The translations under genes were made by a program, and so were the position numbers. 64,000 nt of DNA from Kudoa neothunni (taxonomy: Eukaryota; Animalia; Cnidaria): contig OZ199840.1 in assembly GCA_964304625.1 (NCBI GenBank), forward strand, positions 6,445,120-6,509,119. The letters run 5' to 3'. Below are positions 48,601-61,524 of the stretch, piece by piece. The stretch's first letter is position 1, and each line of letters starts with the position of its first letter. The notes below the pieces were generated by a model, which did not search any database, had not been told where the DNA came from, and saw only the letters and a program-made list of their open reading frames with translations.

Positions 48601-49435
48601 ATCGTAATAGTATAACAGAAAACAACCACCGATCTAATAACGATCACCATTAATTACTGAAGGTCGGTTCTCTATGAATTAATCGGCTATAGAATTTATT
48701 GTTTACGTTTAATACACATGACAGTGCTAAAAACTATTCACTTCGTGAAACACATCAATAATATTTAAGTATTATCCGATTGTTTTTCTATCGGTAATGC
48801 GGCAGTTGATTATTTTCAAGGGGTGATATAATTTTGTGATGAGCAGTTTATTAGTGCAATCACATAATATTAAATTAAATAAATCAAATATTATTTCCGA
48901 TGTGGGAAAACAGACCAAGTCTCCCTGCGAGATAAGCTATTTTAATAGGAAATGGTTATTGCAACCGTAAATAATATTCAGGGGCCACTAGTTTTGACTA
49001 TAATTAGTTTTGGACGCTATGAGTGAAGCGACAGGATAGAAATAATTAAATATAGCGGATTCTAAAGAGTTGAATCTGTATATAGTTTTTGAGCAAGAGT
49101 TACTGGTAATAAAATCGACATTGCGCACACACAAGTAGCATTTAGGATTAAAATTTATCGTGCCAATAACCTCTGCCATTTTAATATTTTTGAGATTTGC
49201 ACGAAGTAGATTGATCATATATATCTACTTATACAAAAGCGCGGGGAATCACGCATATTTCAAGTGAAGAATGCATCCACTCTGGCGTAGCAGAAAATCG
49301 GTCTAAATTATTCCAGATATCCTCTTAGTTTATTTTTAAACCACATGTTATATTCAAATAAACTTTATTTCAACTTATTCCTGAATTTAACTGATTTCTG
49401 CGGCATTTAATAAAGAAAGTTGGGCTTTTGGATTT

Positions 49436-50117
49436 CCTGTGGCTCCCCCAAAATAGCCTTATTGCGAGCATTTTTTTCGAAAACCACACCAAAAATTATT
49501 TCTCACAAAAAGAATATGGAGTGATATGCTTTCAGTACCACAAATTTATTAACAGTTTTTCCAGTTAATCTATTCTCGGTTGTTGTCGTTGGATTTTTAA
49601 TGTTGCTGATCAACATACGTTTGTTCATCTCACCATGAACCCACATGATTTCTTGTAATTTTCGTCTAAAAATAAACTAATAATAATAATTTTACAATTA
49701 ATATTATCCACAAGAAATTAAAATTTATTCAAAAATACAACCGTTTACATTCTCAACCGAATTAATGTAATTCTCTTTCTATTAATTACGATTAACTTTA
49801 CACTTAAATTTTATTTGGTTTACAATTACATTTTCTAGTCTCATTTTTTATATTAGTATCCGCGACACTTATGTTCGGTTAATTAACATTTTACTTTAAG
49901 AATGTATAAACTCTCTATGTATACATGAAAAATAAGCTAAATAAAATGGTCAAATTTACAAATAAATGACCAATAATAGTATTAAATCGTAAAAATGTCG
50001 TTAAATAATTTTTATATATTCTTTTCTTTATTCTTCTTTCCAAGTGAAAGGGTTAATTTACACGTACTATTTATATTATTTGTAAGTAATAAAAAGTATC
50101 AACGAAAAATAGTACTA
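49436..50117 (+). repeat. 682-bp inverted repeat, left arm
   Basis: Reverse complement of 53273-53954; I noticed only two substitutions. Confidence 0.95.
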
Positions 50118-51377
50118 CAGGGGTGACGTGTAATACGCAATCCCTTCGGGACCGAAGAAAAAGTGCGAATTATCCAACAATGATGGGTAATATGTACTTT
50201 TTGTGACGCATGCGTATATTCAAAATTCAAATATTTTTTGATTAATGTGATAATAATTTACTTTAGGGAACATCGGTTAGTTTTATTGTTTCTTACGCTC
50301 CATGTGCGTGTTAAATAATTCTTCATCTAACTTCTAAGGGGACTTTTAGAAATAAATAGAACCACTTTTGTTTTAAATCCCTTTATACATTTGAGACATT
50401 AAATGGTTTTTGTGATTTAGATATTTCTTCATAAACTGTTTCTAAATAGGATGTACTAGTGTCTCTTGGATAACTTGAAGATTTAGTTATTTTTCTCAAC
50501 GTCTTTGTCTCGATATGTAATATTTTTTAAGTGATACTTCAGTAATGTTTTAAGCGGTTGAAAATCGTCCTGTTCAACCAAAAAGATTTCATTCTCTACT
50601 TTTAATATTTCCTGTATAGAAAATTGCAACAAAATTGAATCATGCTTTGTCTTAGCTAAATTTCAACTTCGTTTCGAATTTATAAATTTTCAGAGTCATT
50701 TTTAGGCGTACATTCACCAACGATTTTCGGATCACTATAAAAATTTTACCTACGCAGATTAAACTGTTCTTTAAAACTTTAAAACAAACCGTAGCTAATA
50801 TCATAGAAATTTTACATAATTTTCTTCACAATTTCATTACGTTTAAAAATAATTTCCTATGAGGAATAACTCTGAAATACTTGACCTTACTCAAGTAATC
50901 CGTTCGCAGATTTTTCGTCGGATTCATCGTTTGTTCGGTTGTTTAGTATTTACAATTCCATTTTCATATAATTCCATAATTTGTAATTTCATGGATAGGT
51001 TACTATTTAAAATTAATATGAATATAACAACATAATTTTTAACGGTGTGGCTTTAAGTTTTTTATATCAACTTCAAATATTTTATTGCTTTGTATTTTTT
51101 ATTTATTATAAGCATATTATGAAGATTCACATCAACCATTCATACAAATCTAATAGTACCTGCGCGCGATTGTAAAGTCGATTTCAGGGAAAATGGTGCG
51201 TATTACCCAACAATGCGTTTAAATTGCAATCTTTTATTTAATTTTTGTCTAAAATTTATTTTTCAAATGTAAAAACTCAACTAAATTAAGTTTATAGACG
51301 CAAACTTAAATAATGTGTTCAACAAGTAGTAAATTCTATATGAAAAAGCTAAAGTGCGCATTACCCGTCTCCCATTG
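50118..51377. mobile_element. Degenerate Tc1/mariner-type non-autonomous element
   Basis: TA|CAGGGGTGACGTGTAATACGCA ... TGCGCATTACCCGTCTCCCATTG, with the internal GTGCGTATTACCCAACAATG motif repeated. Confidence 0.45.
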
Positions 51378-51699
51378 TGTTTCGACATTTTTTATAATTA
51401 CGTTAAATAACAGTAATTCTTGCGTTGTCTTTAAGTTTACTAAAGTATACTTAATATACTTAGATTTATTCTTATTTTATACGCGATATTTATAAAATTA
51501 TTTAACATTAGTTATTTGGTTAATTAAAAACATTAATTGTTCGTTACAAATAAATTTTTTCTTTATTCCATTGAGATTAACGTACATTGTAAAAATAAGA
51601 AAAAGTCTCAGGATACAAAATATCAATAAAACAGAAGATGGTGACTTATGGCGCGAAATAATTTATTTTAAATTACTCAATAACTCAAAGAATTCATTG

Positions 51700-52930
51700 A
51701 GGAGACCGATTCTTTTGTTTCTTCTTGATCTAAACCATGCTTCATGAAGATAGGACTCGACGCGATCGAATTTTACCCCTTCCTTATTTTTAGTAGTCGG
51801 GTTTTCATTACATTCTAACAACATTCGATAATGTTTGAATGCCCTACCCCATCAACAAAACATATTGTACGGTTGACTGTTTGATGGTCCAAACCATATT
51901 GCGATAGCCGATTGTATGCTGGCCACTCGTCACTGTATATTGTAGTCCGGGGTATTATTATTTCATTCACAGTAAATGGGATCAATGTGTGTCGATCTCG
52001 TTTTTCTACATAGAAATAGCGAAATTCAAGTAGCTTCCTCGAATTATCGTCATTTGGGTCACATAAACAAAGATCAAAGATCCAGGACCATCCACTCAAT
52101 TTGCATATTGATCAATTTGAACAATGATTGGTTCTTTATCTTAAAGAGATTTAAAATATTACTACTCTATTCTGTATCATTACCAAAAACACAGTCAATA
52201 TCAGATAAGTCATCATTGGATAGATCGTAGAGTCCCACTTAAATCCTCTTAAACTAAATTTCTTTAAGATTTAATATAAGAAACAATCACCTTGATTATT
52301 TTCTGAAGTTAATGTGGTCACAGGGTAGAGTTTTTTATCTTATTAGTTTTTCTTTTCCCGCAAAAGATTTTCGTAGATTTCAACGTCGAATCCTAGACCC
52401 CCAAACTTTTTCTACAAATGAAAAGATCTGAAATTATATTTGTAGTCTTTGCAGTCCAATGTGAAAATGTTTTGTTTATTGTTTTAATCATTTTTGCATA
52501 GGATATTAATGTATGACCCAGCAGTAAACAATATTCATAATTTTTTTAAATATTAATTATTAAAAGTCTTCTGTAGTGGACTTATGGATGGGGATAACGT
52601 ATTCTTTAATGGTGAAACTTTGTTTTCACACGTTTTACTATAAAAGGATAATAAAATTGAAAATTTTTAAATATACTTCCTGCAAAAATATGTCTAAAGG
52701 CATGTGTTTGCATTCCGGTCGTATTGAGTTTTCTGGGATAAGGGGTACTTTAAATTTGTAGCCCTTTTCTATTTGTATTACGTATTATACTTTCTGCAGT
52801 TTGGGCATCTTGATGGTATGCCATGAATTAAATGGTTTTGGAATAAAAATTCCATAGGTTTCTCATAACCATTGACAATAATAAAAAAATCATTGTCATC
52901 TCTTATGTTTACAAAATCCATGACTTCAAA
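51700..52930 (-). pseudogene. Merlin / ISXO2(IS1595)-like transposase relic
   Basis: KFGGLGFDVEI.E.L..KRK, WIF, VEKRDRHTLIP...TTIYSDEWPAYNRL...HQTVN...FVD..GHSNIIE. Limits are approximate. Confidence 0.8.
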
Positions 52931-53272
52931 AACAGCGCAACCTTATAACCTTTTGTTTTGTTTCAACAAAAATATTTGCTATCGCAGCTTTATTCCGAAA
53001 AGGAGCAACTTTTTCTTTGCTAAAAATAAATGAGTATACTAAAAAATAAATCAACAATTATCCTAAAAGATTAGAAAATTGGTTATATCTTAGATTTTAT
53101 TAGAGATGAACAAATATTTAAATCATAAAGAAGTACGATGATTTAATTATCTAGAATGTATGCTCTCGCAATAATTAAAACAACTAATTTTTGGAAATCA
53201 TCAAGTACCTCTATACAGCAATTAGAGTAATGAAAAAATTCTTATTTAACGTAATTATAAAAAATGTGGAAA

Positions 53273-53954
53273 TAGTATTATTTTTCGTTGATACTTTTTA
53301 TTACTTACAAATAATATAAATAGTACGTGTAAATTAACCCTTTCACTTGGAAAGAAGAATAAAGAAAAGAATATATAAAAATTATTTAACGACATTTTTA
53401 CGATTTAATACTATTATTGGTCATTTATTTGTAAATTTGACCATTTTATTTAGCTTATTTTTCATGTATACATAGAGAGTTTATACATTCTTAAAGTAAA
53501 ATGTTAATTAACCGAACATAAGTGTCGCGGATACTAATATAAAAAATGAGACTAGAAAATGTAATTGTAAACCAAATAAAATTTAAGTGTAAAGTTAATC
53601 GTAATTAATAGAAAGAGAATTACATTAATTCGGTTGAGAATGTAAACGGTTGTATTTTTGAATAAATTTTAATTTCTTGTGGATAATATTAATTGTAAAA
53701 TTATTATTATTAGTTTATTTTTAGACGAAAATTACAAGAAATCATGTGGGTTCATGGTGAGATGAACAAACGTATGTTGATCAGCAACATTAAAAATCCA
53801 ACGACAACAACCGAGAATAGATTAACTGGAAAAACTGTTAATAAATTTGTGGTACTGAAAGCATATCACTCCATATTCTTTTTGTGAGAAATAATTTTTG
53901 ATGTGGTTTTCGAAAAAAATGCTCGCAATAAGGCTATTTTGGGGGAGCCACAGG
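53273..53954 (-). repeat. 682-bp inverted repeat, right arm
   Basis: Reverse complement of 49436-50117. Confidence 0.95.
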
Positions 53955-54075
53955 GTATATAATAGCCAAGTGGGTAACGGATCGTGAAACTTAATCTCTT
54001 GTGTGCAGCTTGAATTTCTAATAGTTATTTTTGTATTTAACAGCTTAACAATTGGCGGAAAAATTAAGTAGAGTA

Positions 54076-54904
54076 CGGTAGGCAACCGATAATACGCACT
54101 TTGATCGAAACGACATAGTCAAAGTTTATATTGGATGAAACGATCTATAATATTTTTTTGATTGTAATAAGATAAAAGTCTTCAAAATATTTTTTCATTA
54201 AACTAGTAAATTTCCAGTCTTTTGTGTCACGTGACTAACCGATAACACGGATTTTTTGGGACAAACCACGTAGATTAAATTATTTTTATTAGAAATGAGG
54301 GGAAAATTTTAATTCTGGCGGTTGAATTTCTGAACGGGCAGGAAACATTTTTTGAGATGTCTATCAAAAAATGATCATTCCCATGAAAATGGAAACAGAA
54401 TAAATTTTATTTCAAGACAATGTTAGTTGCAAATTAAAGAATGTTATAGATGTACATAAATAAAAATTTTCTGGAAAAAATATAAAATAAATTCATATTG
54501 CGCTAAAAAATGAATAAGAAATAGAATAGTATTTATAATTTTTTAGAACTGACCATTCACCAAATTTTACCCCAATATAAACGGATATAAATATTATATT
54601 AATAAATATGATTAAAAAGAATTTGCGAATTATTTTTCGCCTAAATAATCTTAGTAATGTTATTTTGTTATTCTAATTAAATAAAGGGTGTAACTATCGA
54701 TTAAATCGATGTACACAAAAATTAGATTATTATAAAAATAGCACAAATTACACTAGATTATCCTATTTGTGTGACGGTTAAAAACTGTGAGTTTTATCAG
54801 CGCTAAGTAAATTCGACAGTAATACCCATTCTGAAAAAATAAAGAAAACACAACAAAAAATGAAACGCGCACGCATTTTAATGCGTATTGTCAGTTGCCT
54901 ACTG
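54076..54904. mobile_element. Tc1/mariner-type MITE
   Basis: TA|CGGTAGGCAACCGATAATACGCA ... TGCGTATTGTCAGTTGCCTACTG|TA. Confidence 0.8.
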
Positions 54905-55438
54905 TATTGGCGGAATAGAAAATACATACATAACTTACAAGCGAAAAGTAGCGGGTTCCAAATTATATATTGCGCACGCGCAATATATAATTTAGGATTA
55001 AGTCAGTGGGGGACCATAGAGACACAGATTGTACGAAATTTACGTTAAGAGAGAATAAACTAAAGGAGCTACAAAAATTAATAGACCAAATATTCTTGAC
55101 TAACTAAAAATTTCGAAGTGTTAATATGGACTGAGGCATTCCAACTGGACAATTTAATCCATTATCGCATGTTAAAGTCTATTCGATGATCACATTACCA
55201 TCTTCGGATCAGTTCTACGATTTAAATTTTCTTGCCTGGATTTCTTTACTGAAATTGCTCAAATCATAAAATATCAAAAAATACATAAAACTGACGCCAC
55301 TTGAATATACACTTGTAACTGGTGTGAACAGCGTCGCCCAAGGATAAACCATTACATTGCGCAGACGCAATCACACACGTTTGCTTAAATTTTTGACTGG
55401 TCCGGTGTCGCGTCCCAGCGATTTATCTGCCTCAAATT

Positions 55439-56401
55439 ATGAAACAAAAACTCCTGGAAATATTGAAGAATAGATTTCCAACTGGAGTTGATAGTTCATT
55501 TGCATATGGTTCGGCCGTGTTTGGCCAAAAAGGGGATTCATTATTTAAACGCAATATGATCGATATGGTACTTGTGGTTGATAATCCTCAGCAGTGGCAC
55601 GCTGAAAACATAGAAAAAAATCCACAAGACTATTCACTTATTCGGTATCTGGGCAGTAAAATGGTTTCCTATATTGGAAACGGAACCAGCGTCGGCATTA
55701 TGTACAACCCAATGGTCAGATATAAAGATTTGTCGTTGAAATATGGTGTCATTTCAAAAGGAAAACTCTTGGACGATTTAACCAATTGGAATCATTTTTT
55801 CTTGGCTGGACGTCTTCAAAAGCCAGTGTTGTGGCTGAAAAACTCCACAGTGGTCGATCAAGCCTTACAGCTCAATCTGCAGTATGCATTATGTGTCGCA
55901 TTGCTTCTGCAACCACAACAATTCAAAGAAAAACAACTATATCGTGATCTTTGTTCGTTGTCCTACGATGGTGATGTACGAACATTTTTTGGCATTGATG
56001 GCAACAAACCTAGTCGAATTGTTGATACCAATATGAATCATTTCAGACATTTGTATTTGCCGGTTCTGAATAGATTTTCACACGTGAAATTGGACTTGAA
56101 AAGTGGCCAACTTTTCAAAGACAGCAAATTCAATAAAGGAATTTTTGAAAAACTACCAAAACCTCTAATTGGATCGTTGCAACAAAATTTCCATGCCAAA
56201 GACATGAAGGAATTGTACAAGATTGAGGCCAACCGATTGAATGAAGCTGTACGCACCACTTTGAGAAGTATCGTCTTCAAAACCACGACAGTAGAGGCGC
56301 TTAAGGCCTTTCTCACTACTAGCTTAATCAAGTCCTTTGTGTACTCCAAAGAAAAATTCAGAAAGTCAGTCCTGTTTAGAAATAGCCATTTGAATGCATG
56401 A
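55439..56401 (+). CDS. TAMM41: Mitochondrial phosphatidate cytidylyltransferase Tam41, 320 aa, intronless
   Basis: FAYGSAVFGQ, MIDMVLVVD, WHAEN...NPQDYS, KYGVIS, LAGRLQKPV, LSYDGDVR. Confidence 0.95.
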   Translation: MKQKLLEILKNRFPTGVDSSFAYGSAVFGQKGDSLFKRNMIDMVLVVDNPQQWHAENIEKNPQDYSLIRYLGSKMVSYIGNGTSVGIMYNPMVRYKDLSLKYGVISKGKLLDDLTNWNHFFLAGRLQKPVLWLKNSTVVDQALQLNLQYALCVALLLQPQQFKEKQLYRDLCSLSYDGDVRTFFGIDGNKPSRIVDTNMNHFRHLYLPVLNRFSHVKLDLKSGQLFKDSKFNKGIFEKLPKPLIGSLQQNFHAKDMKELYKIEANRLNEAVRTTLRSIVFKTTTVEALKAFLTTSLIKSFVYSKEKFRKSVLFRNSHLNA

Positions 56402-56969
56402 CAATTTGATTGCTTTATGTGTTTGTCCATTTTGTATCATTGATTTTTTGTGAGTTTGTCTGCAAGCTTTACTCAAATTTTTATCTTTTTATTCATTTTA
56501 TTGCAAATTGAAACTAACATGTACCATAAAAATAATCGTTTTTAGTTAATATGTTGCAGTTTTACCCTAGCTTCCTTTTAAACAGGATTTAACGGCTTTT
56601 CGCCTGGTGTTTATTTAATTAGACTCATGTGAAACAGACCATTTAGTTAAATAATTCTTCAATTATTTTCAAAAAAATTAATGTGTTAATTTATTTCTTC
56701 AAACCTGTAAACATACTAAATTTTTTGGGGTTATAATAAAAATATCGAGCAGAATACTTAATTTTCAAATGCATTAACCGATAACCTTTTGGCACTCTCG
56801 ATTCCGGTTAATTGGGTTTCAAGATCCCACCGGATTTATTCTAATCAAGCTTCGGATTGCAAATAGGCCTTGCAATTTTCGGCGCTTATATTTTTTACGG
56901 TTGACTATTTAAATCGACAAACATTCCTGACAATCGAAAATTCAACATTCTTCCACAAAAATATGATTA

Positions 56970-58806
56970 CAGTCGAGATTGGATGCTACGTAATTCCAAA
57001 ATTCCAACGTTATTCTTTTTAGAGAGAAACTTAGTTTTTTGGTATTGTTATTATTTTATCATTTTGTAAACATTATTAACATTAAAAAGTAAAAATTTGT
57101 TGTATTTATATATAAAGTCTCGTTAATGCGTGGCTTTAGTAACCCATCTATTTAAAAATAGAAGTGTTTTCATTATGTCCCGTTAAAGACGTAATAGTTA
57201 AGAGAAAACAGAAATCATTTATTATTATAATTCGATAAAAATATCGAAAGTTGTCGAAAAAATAACCATTTCTAAGTTAAAATTGAGTGATATGGTGATC
57301 TATTTTGAATATTAATACATTGTCGCATTTAAGGTCATTTGGAAATTGATAGAATTCGTTCACACGACAATAAATTTAACAATACCGATATTGAAACTAA
57401 AAAGAGGGTATATTTTTCGGGAAAAATACAAAAATAGATGGTGAGCTGTATGATTGGCTTTTTAAACAATGGTCGTATGATAATGTTCTGCTGAAACATG
57501 TTATTATCGAAATTGTTCTATACATTTTGAATCAAAAAGAAATTTCCAATTTAAAGTCTACTTAAGGGTGGTTTTCAGAGTCCACGTCAAAATATGGGAT
57601 AGCTGTTAAAATTTTTCATGGTGAGGCTGCGAATACAGATATTTCATCTGTTGACTCATGGAGTGTTGAAAACACTAATTTGGTTAAGGAATATAATCCT
57701 AACGAGGTCATAAACATTGATGAAACTGCCCTTCTTTTATGGGTAGTTACAAAACATAGGTTATGTTTTGAAGGATGAAGTCGGAATATAAGGCGAAAAA
57801 TATCCAAATAATTGTGAATGTTTTACTGGCACTCTTTTTTTAATAGGGGTAAACTTCTATCGGTATTTACTGGTAAATTTCAGAATCCTAGACGTTTCAA
57901 CTGAGTTAAACATCTACCGCGTGAATATTATTCATAAAAGCACATGGATGATGTGTAGTATATTTATAAACATAATTAGAAAGTTGAACCAAAAAATGAT
58001 AGATGAGAATAGAAAAGTTTTAATTTTGTTGGATTAATATCCTCATCATCCCAAAAATATTGATTTTTTTAAAATATCGACATTTTTTTCCTACCAAAAA
58101 ACAACTAATATTCTACAAACCTTACTTTAGGCACCATCAAATGCATTAAAAGTAGACCAGGAATACAATGGCCAAGCACACGGTTTTATGTGAAGTTTTT
58201 ACCATCGAAAAATAAACATTACTAAACTCAATCATGCCGTTAATTAAACCTTGGGAGAATATTACGCCAGAAATTATATTTAGTTCATTTAAAAATCAAA
58301 AATGCTTGGCAGTTATATATAAAACTGTAATAAAAAGTTATATCAGTTTATAGAACAAAAAGATTTAAGAAAGATATCCCAAGTCAGAAACAGTTCACAA
58401 AGTAATATTTTATGTATACATAATTAATATTTTTAAATGAATTTGAAGTTTAATAAAATATATTTGACAATGATAATACTGCAAAATGTGAGAATCAAAA
58501 TCATGCGGACTTATTGCCCACAATGGTTAACCTGATGATATCGAACCAATTATTAAAGGAGTCCAAATTTTAATACAACAAATATAGAATATAATTAACA
58601 TTTTAACCAAAGTTTTAATTCAAGAGGTTCCATCTTGATTGTTTGATTCATATCCCATAAGGGACAAAATTTAATAACTCTTCCTTAATTAAACTCTATG
58701 TTATCTGTGTTTTAACAAAGTTTGTTTGTAGGAATAACCATCAAACGTAAGCACAAGAAAATCATATTTTACAGTGTGACGCGCACGCAATATCCAATCT
58801 CGACTG
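56970..58806 (+). mobile_element. Tigger/pogo element with decayed transposase
   Basis: TA|CAGTCGAGATTGGAT ... ATCCAATCTCGACTG|TA (perfect 15-bp TIR). Relic motifs GWF, HGEAA, YNPNEVINIDETAL, WM. Confidence 0.85.
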
Positions 58807-58815
58807 TATGTAAAG

Positions 58816-59010
58816 CAGGGGTTCTCAACTGGGGGCACCCGCACCTTAGGGGGTGCGAACTTTGGTCTCAGGTGGTGCGAGATCCGATAAAAATTGAAAA
58901 TAATTTTTGATAAATTATAGGTCAGTTACATCTTATCGTATGCAAAGGGGTGCGAATTTCGTTTTGTCACAAACTGGGGATGCTAATCCAGTTTTAGTTG
59001 GTAAGTGCTG
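58816..59010. mobile_element. 195-bp hAT (Charlie-like) MITE
   Basis: CAGGGGTTCTCAACT ... AGTTGGTAAGTGCTG with an exact 8-bp TSD ATGTAAAG on both sides and repeated GGGGTGCGA motifs. Confidence 0.88.
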
Positions 59011-60891
59011 ATGTAAAGTTTTTTTCAATAAAAGGACCTCTTAACATTATTCATTTTAATCTGCCCCAAAATTTTTTAAATTAAGATTTAAAAAATTGTT
59101 TGGCCCACATCAGTAATTATTTGAAAATAAAATTTTTCCCCATTTGAAATATCACTCATAGCTTCTCAAAAGTATTATTTATATTATTTTATTGAACTTC
59201 AATATCGACAAATTTTATGTTTTAAATTATATTTTGGTTTGAAATACTGTCATACACGACGAGGGAATTTCGCCGGAACACAACTAAAACGCACGCACCA
59301 TTTTAAAAATACATAAAAAAGATGTTAGAGTAAGAAAAACAAAAAATGAATATAAATTTTAATTCATTTTTACATTTGGAGCAATTCCCTCTCGTAACAA
59401 TAGACAATCTGCACATGTGGATTATACGGATTCGTAGAAATAGCCGGTGCCTTGAGAATACCTATTGAATGAAATTGAAGATTTGAGTCGTTTAATAAAC
59501 TAATTCAGTGTATTTATAAACTGATTCTTAGCTCCTTCTTAGTTTATTATGAGCAAAACGAACAGATCCTTACCCGCAGATGCACAAATTGCTAAAATTG
59601 CGTCTGAAATTTGAAGGAATATCAGAGTTTTTGTTTTTATTCTTGTTGTTGGTAATTCCCACTAAATCATGAATCATTCCCAATTTTATAACGTATATGG
59701 AAAATATATGAATTAATATCAAGGTTTATACACTACAAAGATAAAAAGAAAAAAATCAGTACAATAGGAGGTTTATTTTGTAAGCTGCAAAAATAGGCCC
59801 ACTATTCTACTTGAGGTGTTGATGTTAAAAATCTATCCAAGTGATAAATTTTTGGTTTCATTTTAATATACTAACGTAAAAGAGAAATGCAGTGTTAATC
59901 TTGATACACATGCTAAGAAAATCAACCTCCAAAATTTTGGGATTGAAAATAACACACCCGATGTAAATTCAGTCATTGATTTAAAGGGTTATATTATTTA
60001 CAAAATTATGTAATAAAATTAAATATATTTGGGATTATTTTTATAAAAAGATCACTATAATAATATTGGGGCTATTGTAATGAAGCTGACTATCTTATAT
60101 AACCAAAGAATATTCTAACGGTCTCCTAAGTATATTTAGCTAAAATTTATCAAACTAAACCTAAACATTAGGGACCACCTGCTATTAAAAACAAATATAA
60201 TTCAAATGCATTTGAGGGTAAAATTATGCGGCGGTTCGTTTTAAAAGTCAAGGTTTTCTAAGATTTTTACATTTTGGTCTTTAAATATTCACGTATACAA
60301 AAAATTAGTTTTAAAATTTTTATCAGAAGTCATATAGTATCTTATATTTTGTAAAGAGTATTATTTATAGATTATAAGTAAGAAATGGATCCAGCAGGAC
60401 TTTAATCACTACAACACTATTGAAACTGATCATCAAATTTGTTGTTTGCGTCCATTGTTTTAATCCTAGCGTAGCAAATAAAACCCTATCGGAGATATCA
60501 AGGAATACCGACAATGTAAACTTCATTCATAGGTTTAAGACGTAGTTAACTGTTTAGTATAAACAAAAATTAAATAAAAATTGATCAGAGCCATCTAAAA
60601 AATTTCGCGTGCATAAATAAAATAAAATTTAGAAACTGTATATAATAATAACAACTGTAAAATGTGTTTGTCTACTATTTCACTCAACTATGAATCTCAA
60701 TAAAGTTATGAGAGTAATTACACCTCATATGAAAAATAATATAAAATGTATGATAAATAATATTATTGCAGTATATTACCACGTCATTTCGTTGCAGATG
60801 ACGCTGAGAAAATCCTACGAAATATCAAACTAGATGACAATTTATTTGAAATAAATTTTCAATATATTATATTATTTCAACGTGTAAATTT

Positions 60892-61524
60892 TTACAAATA
60901 ATTATAAAGGTTGGTGGGGTTGTTGTAGTAGTTTTCAAATATCAACAAAATTTCGGACACTGTTAGCGATATAAACCCAACCCATGCCAAGGCGTAGCTA
61001 TAATGGTAGTAGGCCTTGATTAAACTGCCGCCAGTATATCCTCCAGTGTAAGTGTAGATACTTACCGACAATAAAGTGCTTAAGGCCGCTAGAAAGTTGA
61101 GCAACCTTGCGGTAAATAGAGGGTATTTTGGCACGTAGCAAAACAAACTAAACATAAATACAATCGTGGCCAGATTGAATATAATTCCGACTATCAGGAT
61201 TCCTCTCACAGCATTTAACGTATCTAATGTCCGATAAACATTTAAATATACGCCTGGCAACAAAATATCTCTACCTGGAATCGAATATGAGGGATATGAT
61301 GTACAATAGCCATCGTAATGAGCACACCAATACCACAAACCATACACCGTTGTATAGAAGCTATCTCGAACCCATCCTGGCGATATCACTGCTACCATCA
61401 AACACACAAACCCCCACACACACAATATGATCGATATGATGATTAATAATGGCACAGTCTTTTTTGAAAAACATGGTATCTCTACCACATCCATTTTAGA
61501 AGAGGTGTTCAGGTTAGTTTCCAT
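60892..61524 (-). CDS. Claudin/PMP22/EMP-family tetraspan protein, ~193 aa after splicing
   Basis: Four hydrophobic segments, the W...GLW..C...C loop signature and YSYALAWVGF. A 51-nt GT-AG intron at 61224-61274 is read through by the ORF track. Confidence 0.85.
   Translation of the reverse strand: METNLNTSSKMDVVEIPCFSKKTVPLLIIISIILCVWGFVCLMVAVISPGWVRDSFYTTVYGLWYWCAHYDGYCTSYPSYSIPGRDILLPGVYLNVYRTLDTLNAVRGILIVGIIFNLATIVFMFSLFCYVPKYPLFTARLLNFLAALSTLLSVSIYTYTGGYTGGSLIKAYYHYSYALAWVGFISLTVSEILLIFENYYNNPTNLYNYL

Noticed and set aside
56038-56430. 130-aa antisense ORF
   Set aside because: Shadow of TAM41.
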